This document shows, one piece after another, positions 62,340 through 64,000 of a DNA stretch of 64,000 nt. Origin of the DNA: Eledone cirrhosa (Eukaryota); the NCBI GenBank assembly GCA_964016885.1, contig OZ024753.1, forward strand, positions 20,212,001 to 20,276,000, given 5' to 3'. The notes under the pieces are model-generated. The model searched no databases. It saw only the letters and a list, made by a program, of their open reading frames with translations, and had not been told where the DNA came from. The number at the start of each line of letters is the position of its first letter. Within the stretch, counting starts at the first letter, position 1. A program made the position numbers and the translations under genes.

Positions 62340-63545
62340 ATTTTAAATTTATATTTAAACGTTGAATTCAATCTATGTTTGCAGCAACTGAAAAGATTGC
62401 TTCTTACGTTCATGGAATTTTTGCTTTTTAATATAAAGAATATTTCCTCTATACAAAGATCACAATTTTCGGAAGAGGAGTTAAATGGGGGAGCTTTTGA
62501 AATAATATTCCAAAGTAAAGAATATTTAATGTTCTTTGATTTAAGGTCCCATAAAAGCTAGATAGAGAAGTTGAAGATTTCTTGTTTAAATTCGTAAAAG
62601 AGCATTTATGGTTATTAAAACGAGATTTAAAATCTGTGGAAGTAGATCATACATAATTAAATGAATTTAAATTACTTTTTACATTACTTTAATATACTAT
62701 ATTTTTAGCTAAACAATTGTTATTTGACGGACAGTTAGATTTATTTCTACAGTTACATTTATCAAAATTCAAGTTACTAGGAGCTGTATTATTAAATTGA
62801 ACTATATTATTAAATTGGATATTGCTGGGGTTGTTAGTGGTATATTGGTTAGGTTTTAAGTTTCTATTATTAATTCTATTAATATTCTGCGCTAAATTAT
62901 TGGTGGTTGCATAAGTTAATTTTATAGTATGTCTATTAAATATTGAGTAGTATCTATGTGTTCTAGGGAAGCATTTGTCAAGAGCTTTAAAGAATAGTTT
63001 AGCAATAGGAGTTTTAATATTTAATGAGAAAGGAGGAGCGAACCATAATATATTCCTAGTTCTATTTCTTTTTTTGTTTTCCGAATTATTGTAAGGTTTT
63101 CTATTATAGATGTTAAAATTGCTAAGATTATGGTTAGTTGTTATATTATTATTCTTATCAATGCATTTAATTTTATTTCTATATTCAGCTCTACTTAACG
63201 CTTCGTTGTAATAATGTGCTTTATCATCAAATATATTCCTATTAGCTGAAATTCTAGAAATGCGTGGCTGTACAGAATTCACTATAGTATTTTTAACGGA
63301 TCTGGAGTGATTAGAGTTAAAATTAACGTAGTTTCAGTTCTCGTTTAGTTTGTGAAAAGGATAATGAAGTCATGTGTTAAGGTTTAAGGTTACATCTAGC
63401 AAATTGACTATTTTATGGTTATTCTCTATTTCTACTTTTAGATTAAGGTAATTAAAAAATTGTATAATTTCGTTTCTTTTCTTATTTAATTCACAGTTAT
63501 TATTTTCGATAAGTAATAACATATCGTCGCGGTATATACCTCATC
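62340..63545 (-). mobile_element. PLE family B fragment (RT C-terminus plus GIY-YIG), decayed
   Basis: GIYRDD at the right end; WFAPPFS, CNCRNKSNCP; similar to 20600-22132. Confidence 0.88.
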
Positions 63546-63554
63546 ATTAGAGAT

Positions 63555-63887
63555 ATGAGAGTTAAACCTAGGTTTAACTCTCATATCTCTAACTTCAAAC
63601 ATGTTAAGTTTAAGAATTCTACTTCTTTAGCACATTATATCTGGGATCTTAAGGGAGCTTATATACCATATAGCCTTAACTGGCGTTTAGTAGCACGCTC
63701 TAACCACCTTTCTACACATACTAAGTTTTGTAATCTCTGTATCCTTGAGACACACTCTATAATTTTCTCTAGCGTATCCTTACTTAATAGAAAGTCTGAG
63801 ATATTCTCTTCCTGCCCCCACGCTATTTCTAATTCTTACTTTTATTATAAACCCAAACGTTCTAGTAGTACAAATTGTACCCATTAG
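63555..63887 (+). pseudogene. GIY-YIG C-terminal fragment of another family-B-type PLE
   Basis: RFNSHISNF...TSLAHYIWDLK...CNLCILE...LLNRKSEIFSSCPH. Confidence 0.8.
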
Positions 63888-64000
63888 CAGATATATTCCA
63901 TTACTTATTTTTTAGTTTAGGTTCTTTTGTTTGCCAACATTATTATTATCATCATTATTATCATTGGTTTTTGATGACTCTTTATTCTAGCTCTCATAAT

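Overview
AT-rich, repeat-saturated animal genomic DNA with no recognisable host gene. The SINE types and (TA)n load suggest an octopus-like mollusc (inference). It holds a 54/55-bp satellite (1-4759), SINE and Helentron-like remnants, one full-length but frameshifted L1/Tx1-type LINE with a 14-bp target-site duplication (33441-39102), very long (TA)n/(TACA)n fields, and at least 10 fragments of Penelope-like retroelements (PLEs: RT + GIY-YIG) from several families. The main unannotated signal is RNA-level. By eye I find about 37 type I hammerhead ribozyme (HHR) motifs (CUGANGA...GAAA...NUH with pairable stems), intact or decayed, from roughly a dozen sequence families. They occur (i) in PLE 3' termini, often with 40-120-nt stem II insertions; (ii) in non-coding tandem arrays resembling non-LTR retrozymes, the clearest being a near-perfect 11-copy 310-bp array that inverts at its centre (24851-28275), plus 472-bp and 485-bp families; and (iii) in small ORF-less foldback elements. 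Many inserts sit in (TA)n and share one architecture: short arm, inversion, long arm, then a 35-165-nt unpaired tail. This suggests PLE-driven mobilisation of ribozyme-processed RNAs into TA microsatellites. All folds were paired by hand and none was computed or tested.
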